A DNA stretch of 49,797 bases from Tubiluchus corallicola (Eukaryota > Animalia > Priapulida), in contig JAQGDQ010001281.1 of assembly GCA_030141605.1 (NCBI GenBank), positions 1 to 49,797 of the forward strand. Direction: 5' to 3'. How positions within the stretch are numbered: the first letter of the stretch is position 1; every line of letters starts with the position of its first letter. The notes below the pieces were generated by a model, which was not told the origin of the DNA, ran no database searches, and saw nothing but the letters and a program-made list of their open reading frames with translations. Position numbers and translations under genes: made by a program. Shown here one piece after another: positions 1 to 10,441 of the stretch.

Positions 1-220
1 GGTGACCATTTGACACTTGCTATTCCTATAAGCAAACGTCATATGATGCGCCTAATTCGTTAGGTTATTTTTTTCTTTTCAATAGGTTTTTATAGTTATG
101 CGCTGATTTGCGCGTCATATATCTACCATTAGTACTCTGTGCTTATTGTATTAACTATGTGATAAAGTGAATAATTATCTATGAATGGTTGTCCTGAGTT
201 CCATTTAATTTTAGAGCTGT

Positions 221-601
221 CCCCTAGCTGACACGATGGATGTTCCCTGTTGTTTATACACTTTATGCAGACGACATTGCACTCATAGGAGATGTAAACA
301 ATGACACGCTCCCCTAGCTGACACGATGGATGTTCCCTGTTTATACACTTTATGCAGACGACATTGCACTCATAGAGATGTAAACAATGACACGCTCCCC
401 TAGCTGACACGATGGATGTTCCCTGTTGTTTATACACTTTATGCAGACGACATTGCACTCATAGGAGATGTAAACAATGACACGCTCCCCTAGCTGACAC
501 GATGGATGTTCCCTGTTGTTTATACACTTTATGCAGACGACATTGCACTCATAGGAGATGTAAACAATGACACGCTCCCCTAGCTGACACGATGGATGTT
601 C
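221..601 (+). repeat. 90-bp tandem repeat (~4.3 copies) in left foldback arm
   Basis: CCCCTAGCTGACACGATGG recurs at 221, 311, 397, 487, 577. Confidence 0.95.
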
Positions 602-1020
602 AAAGCCTTTATATCCCTGACGACTGACTAAGCACGAATCGTTATTAGATTATATATAAATTAGGAAAATTATCTGTCAAAAAAGTTTTATTTAAATATG
701 TTTACTTAAAAAATATTTAAAAAAGTGATATATAATATAATATATATAATATATAATATTTTTAAATAAATAAGTTTAGTTAAAAATACAGATATAATGC
801 ATAGTGCACCAAAATGTGTGTACAACATGACAGTACTTAAAAAATAAGTGGCATAATAATATAGACGATAGACCCAAAACATAATTATATCAAACTTGTT
901 ACCGATGAGTATAATATGAATTTTGGACTATGGTTATAAGTATTAAATTAGTTATTTTAGCTAAGCCTTTGTCAGTAAAGTTATAAATATTTCATATATT
1001 TTACGCAAAAATCTTATTAA

Positions 1021-1435
1021 CCCTTTAGCACCCGTTATATCCCGTGGGATACGAGAATATTTTCTGCCTTTAAAATTAATAAAATTTTAAAACTGACAGT
1101 TATTTGATCTGTTAATAGTTATTTTGATTTAAGCCAATAACAAGAGACTAAAAATGGTGATAAAATGGCAAACTAGAAAATCTACGTAGCATAAAAAACT
1201 GCGCAAGGTACAGTACTTTAGAGACGACTTTGTACAGATCAGTATAGCATGCATACTAAATGTCTTAAATACTTTAAAAAATTATCAGCAGTTGCAAAAT
1301 GAAGCACATTTTATGCTTCCATTGAATCCCAATGTATCCCGTGGGATACAGGCTGTATTTAGCGCGTGGGCACAGGTTGAAAAAAAATAGCCAAAAAATT
1401 TTTCTTATTAAAAAAATAATTTGGGATTGAAAGGG
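1021..1435 (+). mobile_element. piggyBac-like MITE (family A) in left arm
   Basis: TTAA|CCCTTT...AAAGGG|TTAA; related copies at 4632..5046, 31569..31973, 43463..43918. Confidence 0.9.
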
Positions 1436-2875
1436 TTAACGGCATTCGACTGTACCATCGTCAGTAACATACTTCACATTGAGATTACATCGACAAGTCT
1501 ATAGGTACCTGATCAAATTCTCTGGCACTTCGTGCTCGGGGGCGGTGTCACTTTTCTCACCCACCCACCTAACCACCTGTCTCTCTCTTCTCTCTCTCTC
1601 TAATAACTTCAATAATTTTAGCACTGTGACCAGAGGTCCAAGTAACTGGGACTTATTAATAAAAAAAGTTTATCTATGTACCCTGATAAGTCTTCTCTTA
1701 ATGTGCAAACCAGTTCAATTCCTTTAACTTTATTTTCAAACACTTGTACTGAAACTAGGCAAGTTTCCAGATAAAAATTCAAATTTCAAATTTACCGCTG
1801 TGTTCACGCATAAGCTGTCGCATGTGTGTAGTATATCACAAGCTAACACATCTGAACTGAGAGGTACAGCACATGTTTTTTGTACAACGCATTCTCGAAA
1901 TGTAGAAACTAATGCCCGTCTAACTAGCGAATGGCAAAATGCATGTAACAGCGAAGAACTAGTGGCACGAACGTGAAATTCTGTTCATATGGTTGTAATT
2001 CTTTCGCATAAGTCGTTTTTGGAAAAATAGTGTGTTTCCTTTCAACATTTTAAAGCGTAGATTGTTTTGACATACAGTTTAAGATCGGGTCCGGTTCTCA
2101 GGCATTTTAAATTACAATAGAATCACATTATCTTCTTAATAGCTGTTTGTTTCGTCAGTAATAGAATTGGTTTGATCTAATTCCACGTGATATGACTATT
2201 TTGTGCCGGAGTCTTCATAAAGTATCGCATTTCAGGGACACGTTTGTGATGGGCAATTACAGGCACGTCAGCGGCATGGCAAAGTTTAACGAACGCCGTT
2301 CTCCACGAAGGATGAACGTTTCCGACATCGCTTCCATGGTCAGTGACGCGTTAAGCGGCGTTTACGTAGCATCCGGATGCGGATGTGTTCTGCAACTGCG
2401 CGGAACAGCCTGCGGAAAAAATCCATAGGAATAGTTGCAGAAAAAGGAATTGCTCGTACGCAGGGTGCATAAACGGGTGTATTGAAAACTATATAAACCA
2501 ATTTTTAGCTCTTACACCCCCCTCCCCGTGCAGTTTTCACATACGGATGCTACATGAACACCACTTTACAATCTCAGAAAGGGTAACCGGTTACTGGTTC
2601 ACTCGTTTGCCTTGTAAACACTGTTATATGTACGATAATGTAAACCTGTTACTTATATATATAATAATAATCTTTATTTGCCATTAAAATACATTGATAA
2701 TCACTGATAAAAACTTTACAGAGATAATCAACCAGTGTTAGTTAATAAAAACTTACACTGCTAAAGGCAAATATGTCAGTGCAATCTAAACTACTGTGCA
2801 GTAATGGAAAGTAACGACGAATAAAATCAAACGTATTTACAACTATGCACAAAAAATGAAAAAACTATGATTTAA

Positions 2876-3270
2876 TTAATATGGCCGTGGATATATGAAT
2901 TCTGAATTAGTGTGTATGTTGTCGTACTGGTGTGATGGTATTTCATATCTGGTTAATATTAGTGATTTTAATTTTGCTTTAGATGCTGACAGGCACTTGA
3001 TTTGTTTAACCTGTAATGGTAGAGAATTCCAAAGTAAAATTGCTTGTTTGATTACAGAGTTCGTTCCATAGTGGGCATTTGTCCTAATTTGTTTTAGATT
3101 ACTTGTTCTGGAATTAACGATAGGATTTGGAAAAAACGTAAATCTGTTATTCTGGAATGGTTTGCTGATGTTGTTAATGTATTTAAATATAAAAAGCAGA
3201 GTAAAATATTCTTTGTGTGCTTCAATGATTGGGATTTTTAAAGTTTTTCTCAGGTTAGTTGTACTGATAA
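2876..3270 (-). mobile_element. 3' fragment of a non-LTR retrotransposon ORF2 (CR1/L2-like)
   Basis: Translation RTNAHYGTNSVIKQAILLWNSLPLQVKQIKCLSASKAKLK resembles the typical ORF2 C-terminal 'WNSLP' region. Confidence 0.7.
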
Positions 3271-3733
3271 TACTGATATATATATATATATACATTTAGT
3301 TAGTTAGCAAGGATTTTGATTTTTATCCTTTAAGTTGCATATTTAATTATTATTTATTATTATTATTTATTATTATTATTATTATTAATTATTATTAAGT
3401 AATATTTACACAGTCATTACAGGCATGCCACGTTTTTGTTTAATAACTAATGAAGAAGGATTGATTTTAATGGCTAACTGAATTTGTTAAAACTGAGAAA
3501 AAGTGAAAAGGTTTGTTCGAAAATCTTTCAAACTCAATTTGAATTCGATACCGATTCGAAACACTGAAATTCGGTTCGATTCGAATTCGAAAGCCACAAC
3601 TTCTGGTAGGGAATGCTCGCACCTAGTTGTCGTCAATCGATGGAAGTGTGAAAATGTTGACTGTGCTAACTGTAGAAGTAAAAGCCTGGTGCACGGTTTG
3701 TTTGTTTTTCAGTTTTGTGCCTGTAGGATTTAA

Positions 3734-4266
3734 AGGAAAACCGGATGATTGTGTAAACACGAGTTCAGAATCAAGAATGCTCTGAAATATTGAAAATTAC
3801 AATAGCTTATTTTAAATCAAAGCTTAGATTAAATAATAATTACCTCGGATACTCAAATTTTGTTAAACATTCAAAGCTACGCACGGCTCAGTGAATCTAA
3901 TAAGATTGGCAACGGCGCCTTTTTGTCATGTGTGCGTAACCGACAAATAGAAGGCGGTACCGTGATAACCATGATCATGAACTGCAGTGTTAGTTTCTGA
4001 TTTCATATGACGTAGAGCCCATTTTTCATGACATCATGCATTTAAACAGTACTGTAACACCTATGCAAACGTGCTTGATGCCCAAGGGAAGATGTCTGCC
4101 ATTGCACAAGGTATGGTTAGTTTCTGACGTAAGCAATACCCGTTTACAGTTGCCATTAATTAACTTTCTAAGGTAATTATTCAAATATAAGGAACAATTG
4201 CCAACTTTTATAGGCAAGAGAGTAAATTAAAGTGAGATTGAGTCTAAACAATCGTCCGGTTTTCCT
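3734..4266 (+). mobile_element. Kolobok-like MITE (TTAA TSD, AGG ends)
   Basis: TTAA|AGGAAAACCGGATGATTGT ... ACAATCGTCCGGTTTTCCT|TTAA; diverged inverted copy at 24132..24625. Confidence 0.8.
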
Positions 4267-4631
4267 TTAAAGTTACTAGTGTGAGCCAAATCAGTGGGTT
4301 CAGTAAATGATATTAGTAAGTTCAATGAAATGTGAAGAATACAAGCTACTGGTAAAAATGTTACCTGTTTGCATTCTAGGGTCCAAAAGATTTTGAGATC
4401 GGCGACATTCACGGCCTACGGCTGCATTCTCAAAAAATGATATTCGCTCGAAAGTTTTCGTTCGACCAGAACGATCCGGTGAGGCGACAGGTGGTTAGGT
4501 GGGTGGGTGAGAAAAGTGACACCGCCCCCGAGCACGAAGTGCCAGAGAATTTGATCAGGTACCTATAGACTTGTCGATGTAATCTCAATGTGAAGTATGT
4601 TACTGACGATGGTACAGTCGAATGCCGTTAA

Positions 4632-5046
4632 CCCTTTCAATCCCAAATTATTTTTTTAATAAGAAAAATTTTTTGGCTATTTTTTTTCAACCTGTGCCCA
4701 CGCGCTAAATACAGCCTGTATCCCACGGGATACATTGGGATTCAATGGAAGCATAAAATGTGCTTCATTTTGCAACTGCTGATAATTTTTTAAAGTATTT
4801 AAGACATTTAGTATGCATGCTATGCTGATCTGTACAAAGTCGTCTCTAAAGTACTGTACCTTGCTCAGTTTTTTATGCTATGTAGATTTTCTAGTTTGCC
4901 ATTTTATCACCATTTTTAGTCTCTTGTTATTGGCTTAAATCAAAATAACTATTAACAGATCAAATAACTGTCAGTTTTAAAATTTTATTAATTTTAAAGG
5001 CAGAAAATATTCTTGTATCCCACGGGATATAACGGGTGCGAAAGGG
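4632..5046 (-). mobile_element. piggyBac-like MITE (family A) in right arm
   Basis: Mirror copy of 1021..1435 with TTAA on both sides. Confidence 0.9.
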
Positions 5047-5465
5047 TTAATAAGATTTTTGCGTAAAATATATGAAATATTTATAACTTTACTGACAAAG
5101 GCTTAGCTAAAATAACTAATTTAATACTTATAACCATAGTCCAAAATTCATATTATACTCATCGGTAACAAGTTTGATATAATTATGTTTTGGGTCTATC
5201 GTCTATATTATTATGCCACTTATTTTTTAAGTACTGTCATGTTGTACACACATTTTGGTGCACTATGCATTATATCTGTATTTTTAACTAAACTTATTTA
5301 TTTAAAAATATTATATATTATATATATTATATTATATATCACTTTTTTAAATATTTTTTAAGTAAACATATTTAAATAAAACTTTTTTGACAGATAATTT
5401 TCCTAATTTATATATAATCTAATAACGATTCGTGCTTAGTCAGTCGTCAGGGATATAAAGGCTTT

Positions 5466-5851
5466 GAACATCCATCGTGTCAGCTAGGGGAGCGTGTCAT
5501 TGTTTACATCTCCTATGAGTGCAATGTCGTCTGCATAAAGTGTATAAACAACAGGGAACATCCATCGTGTCAGCTAGGGGAGCGTGTCATTGTTTACATC
5601 TCCTATGAGTGCAATGTCGTCTGCATAAAGTGTATAAACAACAGGGAACATCCATCGTGTCAGCTAGGGGAGCGTGTCATTGTTTACATCTCCTATGAGT
5701 GCAATGTCGTCTGCATAAAGTGTATAAACAACAGGGAACATCCATCGTGTCAGCTAGGGGAGCGTGTCATTGTTTACATCTCCTATGAGTGCAATGTCGT
5801 CTGCATAAAGTGTATAAACAACAGGGAACATCCATCATGTCAGCTAGGGGA
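5466..5851 (-). repeat. 90-bp tandem repeat in right foldback arm
   Basis: Reverse complement of the 221..601 array. Confidence 0.95.
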
Positions 5852-6800
5852 CAGCTCTAAAATTAAATGGAACTCAGGACAACCAGTCATAGATAATTAT
5901 TCACTTTATCACATAGTTAATACAATAAGCACAGAGTACTAATGTGACGTATGACGTGCTATACATATCTATAAAATAACTGTTGAAAAGAAAAATTTAA
6001 CCTAACGAATTAGGCGGATTATATGACGTTGGCTAATAGGAATAGCAAGTGTCAAATGGTCACCTGTACAAAGGTGATGATGGAATTTATAACTTTAGAA
6101 TGAAGCCCGTATAAATAATTCAAGGTTAACCTAATCTAAAATTACAACCTGAACGACTCTGGGTAGATTTACAAAAGTTGTAGGAACCGGAATAAACTAG
6201 TTTGCAATACTGTAAATGAAAAGTCTAGCAGTAGAGTAGAACTCGTTCATGGGAATCCGGGAAACTGCTGGGACCTGTTTGCTTATCGATAGCTGCATCT
6301 TGCGGCATGACTGAATTGCTTCCTCCCGTTTTCAAAAATACATTTCTTCATTCTCTAGGAAGCTGGCCGAGCAATCTCTGAATCTCTTAACACGAAAAGC
6401 GTCGTTGTCTTTCCTTGAAGTTAAGAGGTGGTCCCTCCTGCCTAAGATGTTGCCAACCGACGCTTGTTGCGTGACTCCGTTCATGGCTCTGCAGTCTAAA
6501 GGAGGTAGGTGGCGCTATGATACAAATACAATAAATTCTGCATAAATCGAACACCTCGGAACCGGTAAAATTGTTCGAGTTATACGAGGGTACAAGTTTG
6601 ACAATGTTCGTAAGAAAACGAGATTGAGTCACTCATCAATGTCGGACTAAACACTACAGCCTGTGAAAATGACAAACTGTGCTTTTAATCAAATATCAAA
6701 TGATAATTTTTATGAATAATCAAAAATAAAATGACTGGTCCACCTCTATTGTAGTCTGAGTAGCGTGGTTAATAGAATTCGGCAATAATAATATTGTGAC

Positions 6801-7038
6801 CTAGTTATTAAACCAGGTTAAACCATGTTCATCATCATCATCAGCAATGCCCCAAGTAGATTTATTTCTAAGGATCAATGCTGAAGTGTTTAAACCTTTC
6901 TGTGCAAAATCTAAATATGTTAACATTTGTCCTCCTGCAGGTTTTTTAGCTGGTTCTATGGCTTGTTGAAGAGCTATCTTCACTGGAACATCATCAGGTA
7001 GTCTAAGCACATGCCCAATTCATCTTAAACGGCGTCTT
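6801..7038 (-). mobile_element. Decayed RTE-like LINE 3' end
   Basis: Minus strand reads RRRLR*IGHVLRLPDDVPVKIAL...KKPAGG (conserved W replaced by TGA), followed by a short (GAT)n tail near 6830-6843. Confidence 0.75.
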
Positions 7039-7040
7039 AA

Positions 7041-8087
7041 GCTAGATCAGGGGCTCAGGGGATTGAGTCTGGGAGCTGAAGGAGAGCAGGCTAGATCAGG
7101 GGCTCAGGGGATTGAGTCTGGGAGCTGAAGGAGAGCAAGATAGATCAGGGGCTCAGGGGACTGAGTCTGGGAGCTGAAGGATAGCAGGCTAGATCAGGGG
7201 GCTCAGGGGATTGAGTCTGGGAGCTGAGGGAGAGCAGGCTAGGTCAGGGGCTCAGGGGATTGAGTCTGGGAGCTGAGGGACAGCAAGCTAGATCAGGGGC
7301 TCAGGGGATTGAGTCTGGGAGCTGAAGGAGAGCAAGCTAGATCAGGGGCTCAGGGGATTGAGTCTGGGAGCTGAAGGAGAGCAAGCTAGATCAGGGGCTC
7401 AGGGGATTGAGTCTGGGAGCTGAAGGAGAGCAAGCTAGATCAGGGGCTCAGGGGATTGAGTCTGGGAGCTGAGGGACAGCAAGCTAGATCAGGGGCTCAG
7501 GGGATTGAGTCTGGGAGCTGAAGGAGAGCAAGCTAGATCAGGGGCTCAGGGGATTGAGTCTGGGAGCTGAAGGAGAGCAGGCTAGATCAGGGGCTCAGGG
7601 GATTGAGTCTGGGAGCTGAAGGAGAGCAAGCTAGATCAGGGGCTCAGGGGATTGAGTCTGGGAGCTGAAGGAGAGCAGGCTAGATCAGGGGCTCAGGGGA
7701 TTGAGTCTGGGAGCTGAAGGAGAGCAGGCTAGATCAGGGGTCTCAGGGGATTGAGTCTCGGAGCTGAAGGAGAGCAGGCTAGATCAGGGGGCTCAGGGGA
7801 TTGAGTCTGGGAGTTGAGGGAGAGCAGGCTAGATCAGGGGCTCAGGGGATTGAGTCTGGGAGCTGAAGGAGAGCAAGCTAGATCAGGGGCTCAGGGGATT
7901 GAGTCTGGGAGCTGAAGGAGAGCAGGCTAGATCAGGGGGCTCAGGGGATTGAGTCTGGGAGCTGAAGGAGAGTAGGCTAGATCAGGGGCTCAGGGGATTG
8001 AGTCTGGGAGCTGAAGGAGAGCAGGCTAGATCAGGGGCTCAGGGGATTGAGTCTGGGAGCTGAAGGAGAGCAGGCTAGATCAGGGGG
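7041..8087 (+). repeat. 49-bp G-rich minisatellite, ~21 copies
   Basis: Unit GCTAGATCAGGGGCTCAGGGGATTGAGTCTGGGAGCTGAAGGAGAGCAG. Confidence 0.97.
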
Positions 8088-8288
8088 CTTGGCATTACTA
8101 TCTGTTATATTTATTGTGTTTGATGTTCAATAAACGTGTAGTTTTATAATCAGACTCTTCATAGTTTTGCCATCCCTAAAACACCAATAATCAGCTAGAC
8201 ACAAACAATACAACGAACTATTTTACTTTGTATTTGTTTGCCCACTTTGTTTTAGGAAAATTTTTTTGCATTTTCACTTGCGATGGAT

Positions 8289-8668
8289 CAGGCTTCCCAC
8301 GGTCGGAAAAATCCTTGAGAACGCAGGCTATCCTGCAAAACCATGGAAAAATCTGGGAAAACATTTTGGTGTAAAAAATCAGGGAAAATTATGAAAGGGT
8401 TGCAAAAATAATCACTGTGAACTGATATTTTTTAGCGATTCGTGTTCAAATAAAATTTTACTACGGCAGGTTCCCAGTTTCAATTTCTGTTCCAAAAATA
8501 ATGATTGGCCGACACATTATATATCAGTATATGTATGAATGTCCATACACAAAAATGTTTGAATATCTATGCTGGTAATGCAATTTCTACTTATCTTTGT
8601 CGTGGAAAATCAATATTTCGTTAGGGAACAGTCGGGGAAATTTATTTCAAAATTCTGTGGGAACCATG
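8289..8668. mobile_element. Degenerate hAT-like MITE
   Basis: CAGGCTTCCCAC ... GTGGGAACCATG imperfect TIR with subterminal GGAAAA repeats; no clear TSD. Confidence 0.5.
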
Positions 8669-8866
8669 GGTGGCAGATTTGCCAGTTTACGTTGCCATGA
8701 CGACGTGTATGAGTTTTCTTCCTTGCATTGGCTTCAGTGATGCTGTCTCAGATGCCGATGTCATCTACATCGAATTGACATTTGTGCTAACTGCGTATCG
8801 TTGAAATGCACTGCTACTCTTTCCATAGTTAAAATTGTTTAACATTGCCTGTTGTTTAAACTTTAG

Positions 8867-10247
8867 GTTTAACGAAGCTTGACGAGTACAAAATCTGGAT
8901 TGAATTTACTGCTGTAAGTATGGCTTTAGTTTGTACCCAGTCCGGGCAAAGAAATGGCAAAAATCGACATCGAACTGTGCGATTGCTATTTACTGGTGAC
9001 AATTTTAGCATTCAACAATATGACTAGCTGACTGTTAAATTACTCAGAAAGCATCAAATTAACACAAATTTCGACACAGAAAACATTAATATATAATTTT
9101 TACTGAGGCTACAGGTAGGTATGCCTCTGGACAGCAGCAAGAATATGTCAGTATATGTATGCATTGCGTTGCGGGCTATGTCAATTTTTACATTTCTATA
9201 GTTCACGTTACTTCATACAGATACCATCACATCTTTCTCCTTCTTTCTATTCTCTATTAACCTTTCTTTTCTACTCCTTTACTGCTCTTTTCTATTACAC
9301 TCAATCTACATTCATTACTTCATACAGATACCATCACATCTTTCTCCTTCTTTCTATTCTCTATTAACCTTTCTCTTCTACTCCTTTACTGCTCTTTTCT
9401 ATTACACTCAATCTACATTCATTACTTCATACAGATACCATCACATCTTTTTCCTTCTTTCTATTCTCTATTAACCTTTCTCTTCTACTCCTTTACTGCT
9501 CTTTTCTATTACACTCAATTTACATTCATTACTTCATACAGATACCATCACATCTTTCTCCTTCTTTCTAGTCTCTATTAACCTTTCTTTTCTACTCCTT
9601 TACTGCTCTTTTCTACTTCACTCAGTCCACATTCATTTGGGGTGCTCTAAACAAGTAATTACTTCTTGAGTACCCCACGGGTCATTTGCGGCTTGGCATC
9701 CTGTGTACATAATAATAAATATGTTATTAAATACTTTTATGTACAATGCTGTATTGAACGTTGCAGATTTATTTAATAAATAAATAAAAGATGAAAATCT
9801 TGTGTTGGTGCTGCACAGATTAATGGTAAATTTGAGAAACAAAAACAGAAATGCATTAAATGAAAGTAAAAAAAAATAATGATTCACATACCTGAATACA
9901 GCATGCTGCCAAGACTCAGGTTCACAAAATTTGGAGGTTTGTATACGTTGTAGGCAATGCGTAAAATTTAGACATTTTATAAAATTTCTAGGCATTTCGA
10001 GAAAAGTGGGAAATAAATCTTTTTCCGGAGACTTTTTCAAACTTTTCCTAGACGTTTTGTATGATAACTAGGATTTCTTTGAAATGTGTAAAGTCACTTA
10101 GGCAACGTGTAAAATGAACATTGAATTTTTTCTAGGCATTGTATGAATTGGATAAAACAATACTTAGCTAACATACTAAACTTACTGGTGTAGTCATGGA
10201 AGAAGAGGCTAATATTTCTCTCTCTCTATCTCTTTCTCTCTCTCTCT

Positions 10248-10336
<89 letters not shown>

Positions 10337-10397
10337 ACTTTCTGTTCCTCTCTCTCAACTCTCAATCTCTCTCTCTCTCCCTCCCTCCTCTCTCTCT

Positions 10398-10441
<44 letters not shown>

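Larger units (their letters stand above)
1..6066. mobile_element. Foldback-type DNA element with ~1.58-kb inverted arms (1..1581 and 4486..6064) around a 2.9-kb spacer; probably Tc1/mariner-type ends
   Basis: Position 1 GGTGACCATTTGACACTTGCTATTCCTAT is the reverse complement of the sequence ending at 6064. Complementarity continues inward to CCACCTAACCACCTGTC (1581) / GACAGGTGGTTAGGTGG (4486). The right end reads ...GGTCACCTG|TA, i.e. a CAG terminus with TA; the left terminus would lie 2 nt before the window. No transposase ORF seen. Confidence 0.85.

Noticed and set aside
127-5944. Maverick/Polinton interpretation of the long TIRs
   Set aside because: No 6-bp TSD at the AGTACT boundary and no polymerase, integrase or capsid ORFs.
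6387-6632. 81-aa ORF possibly from a transposon
   Set aside because: No recognisable motif; cannot be supported without a search.
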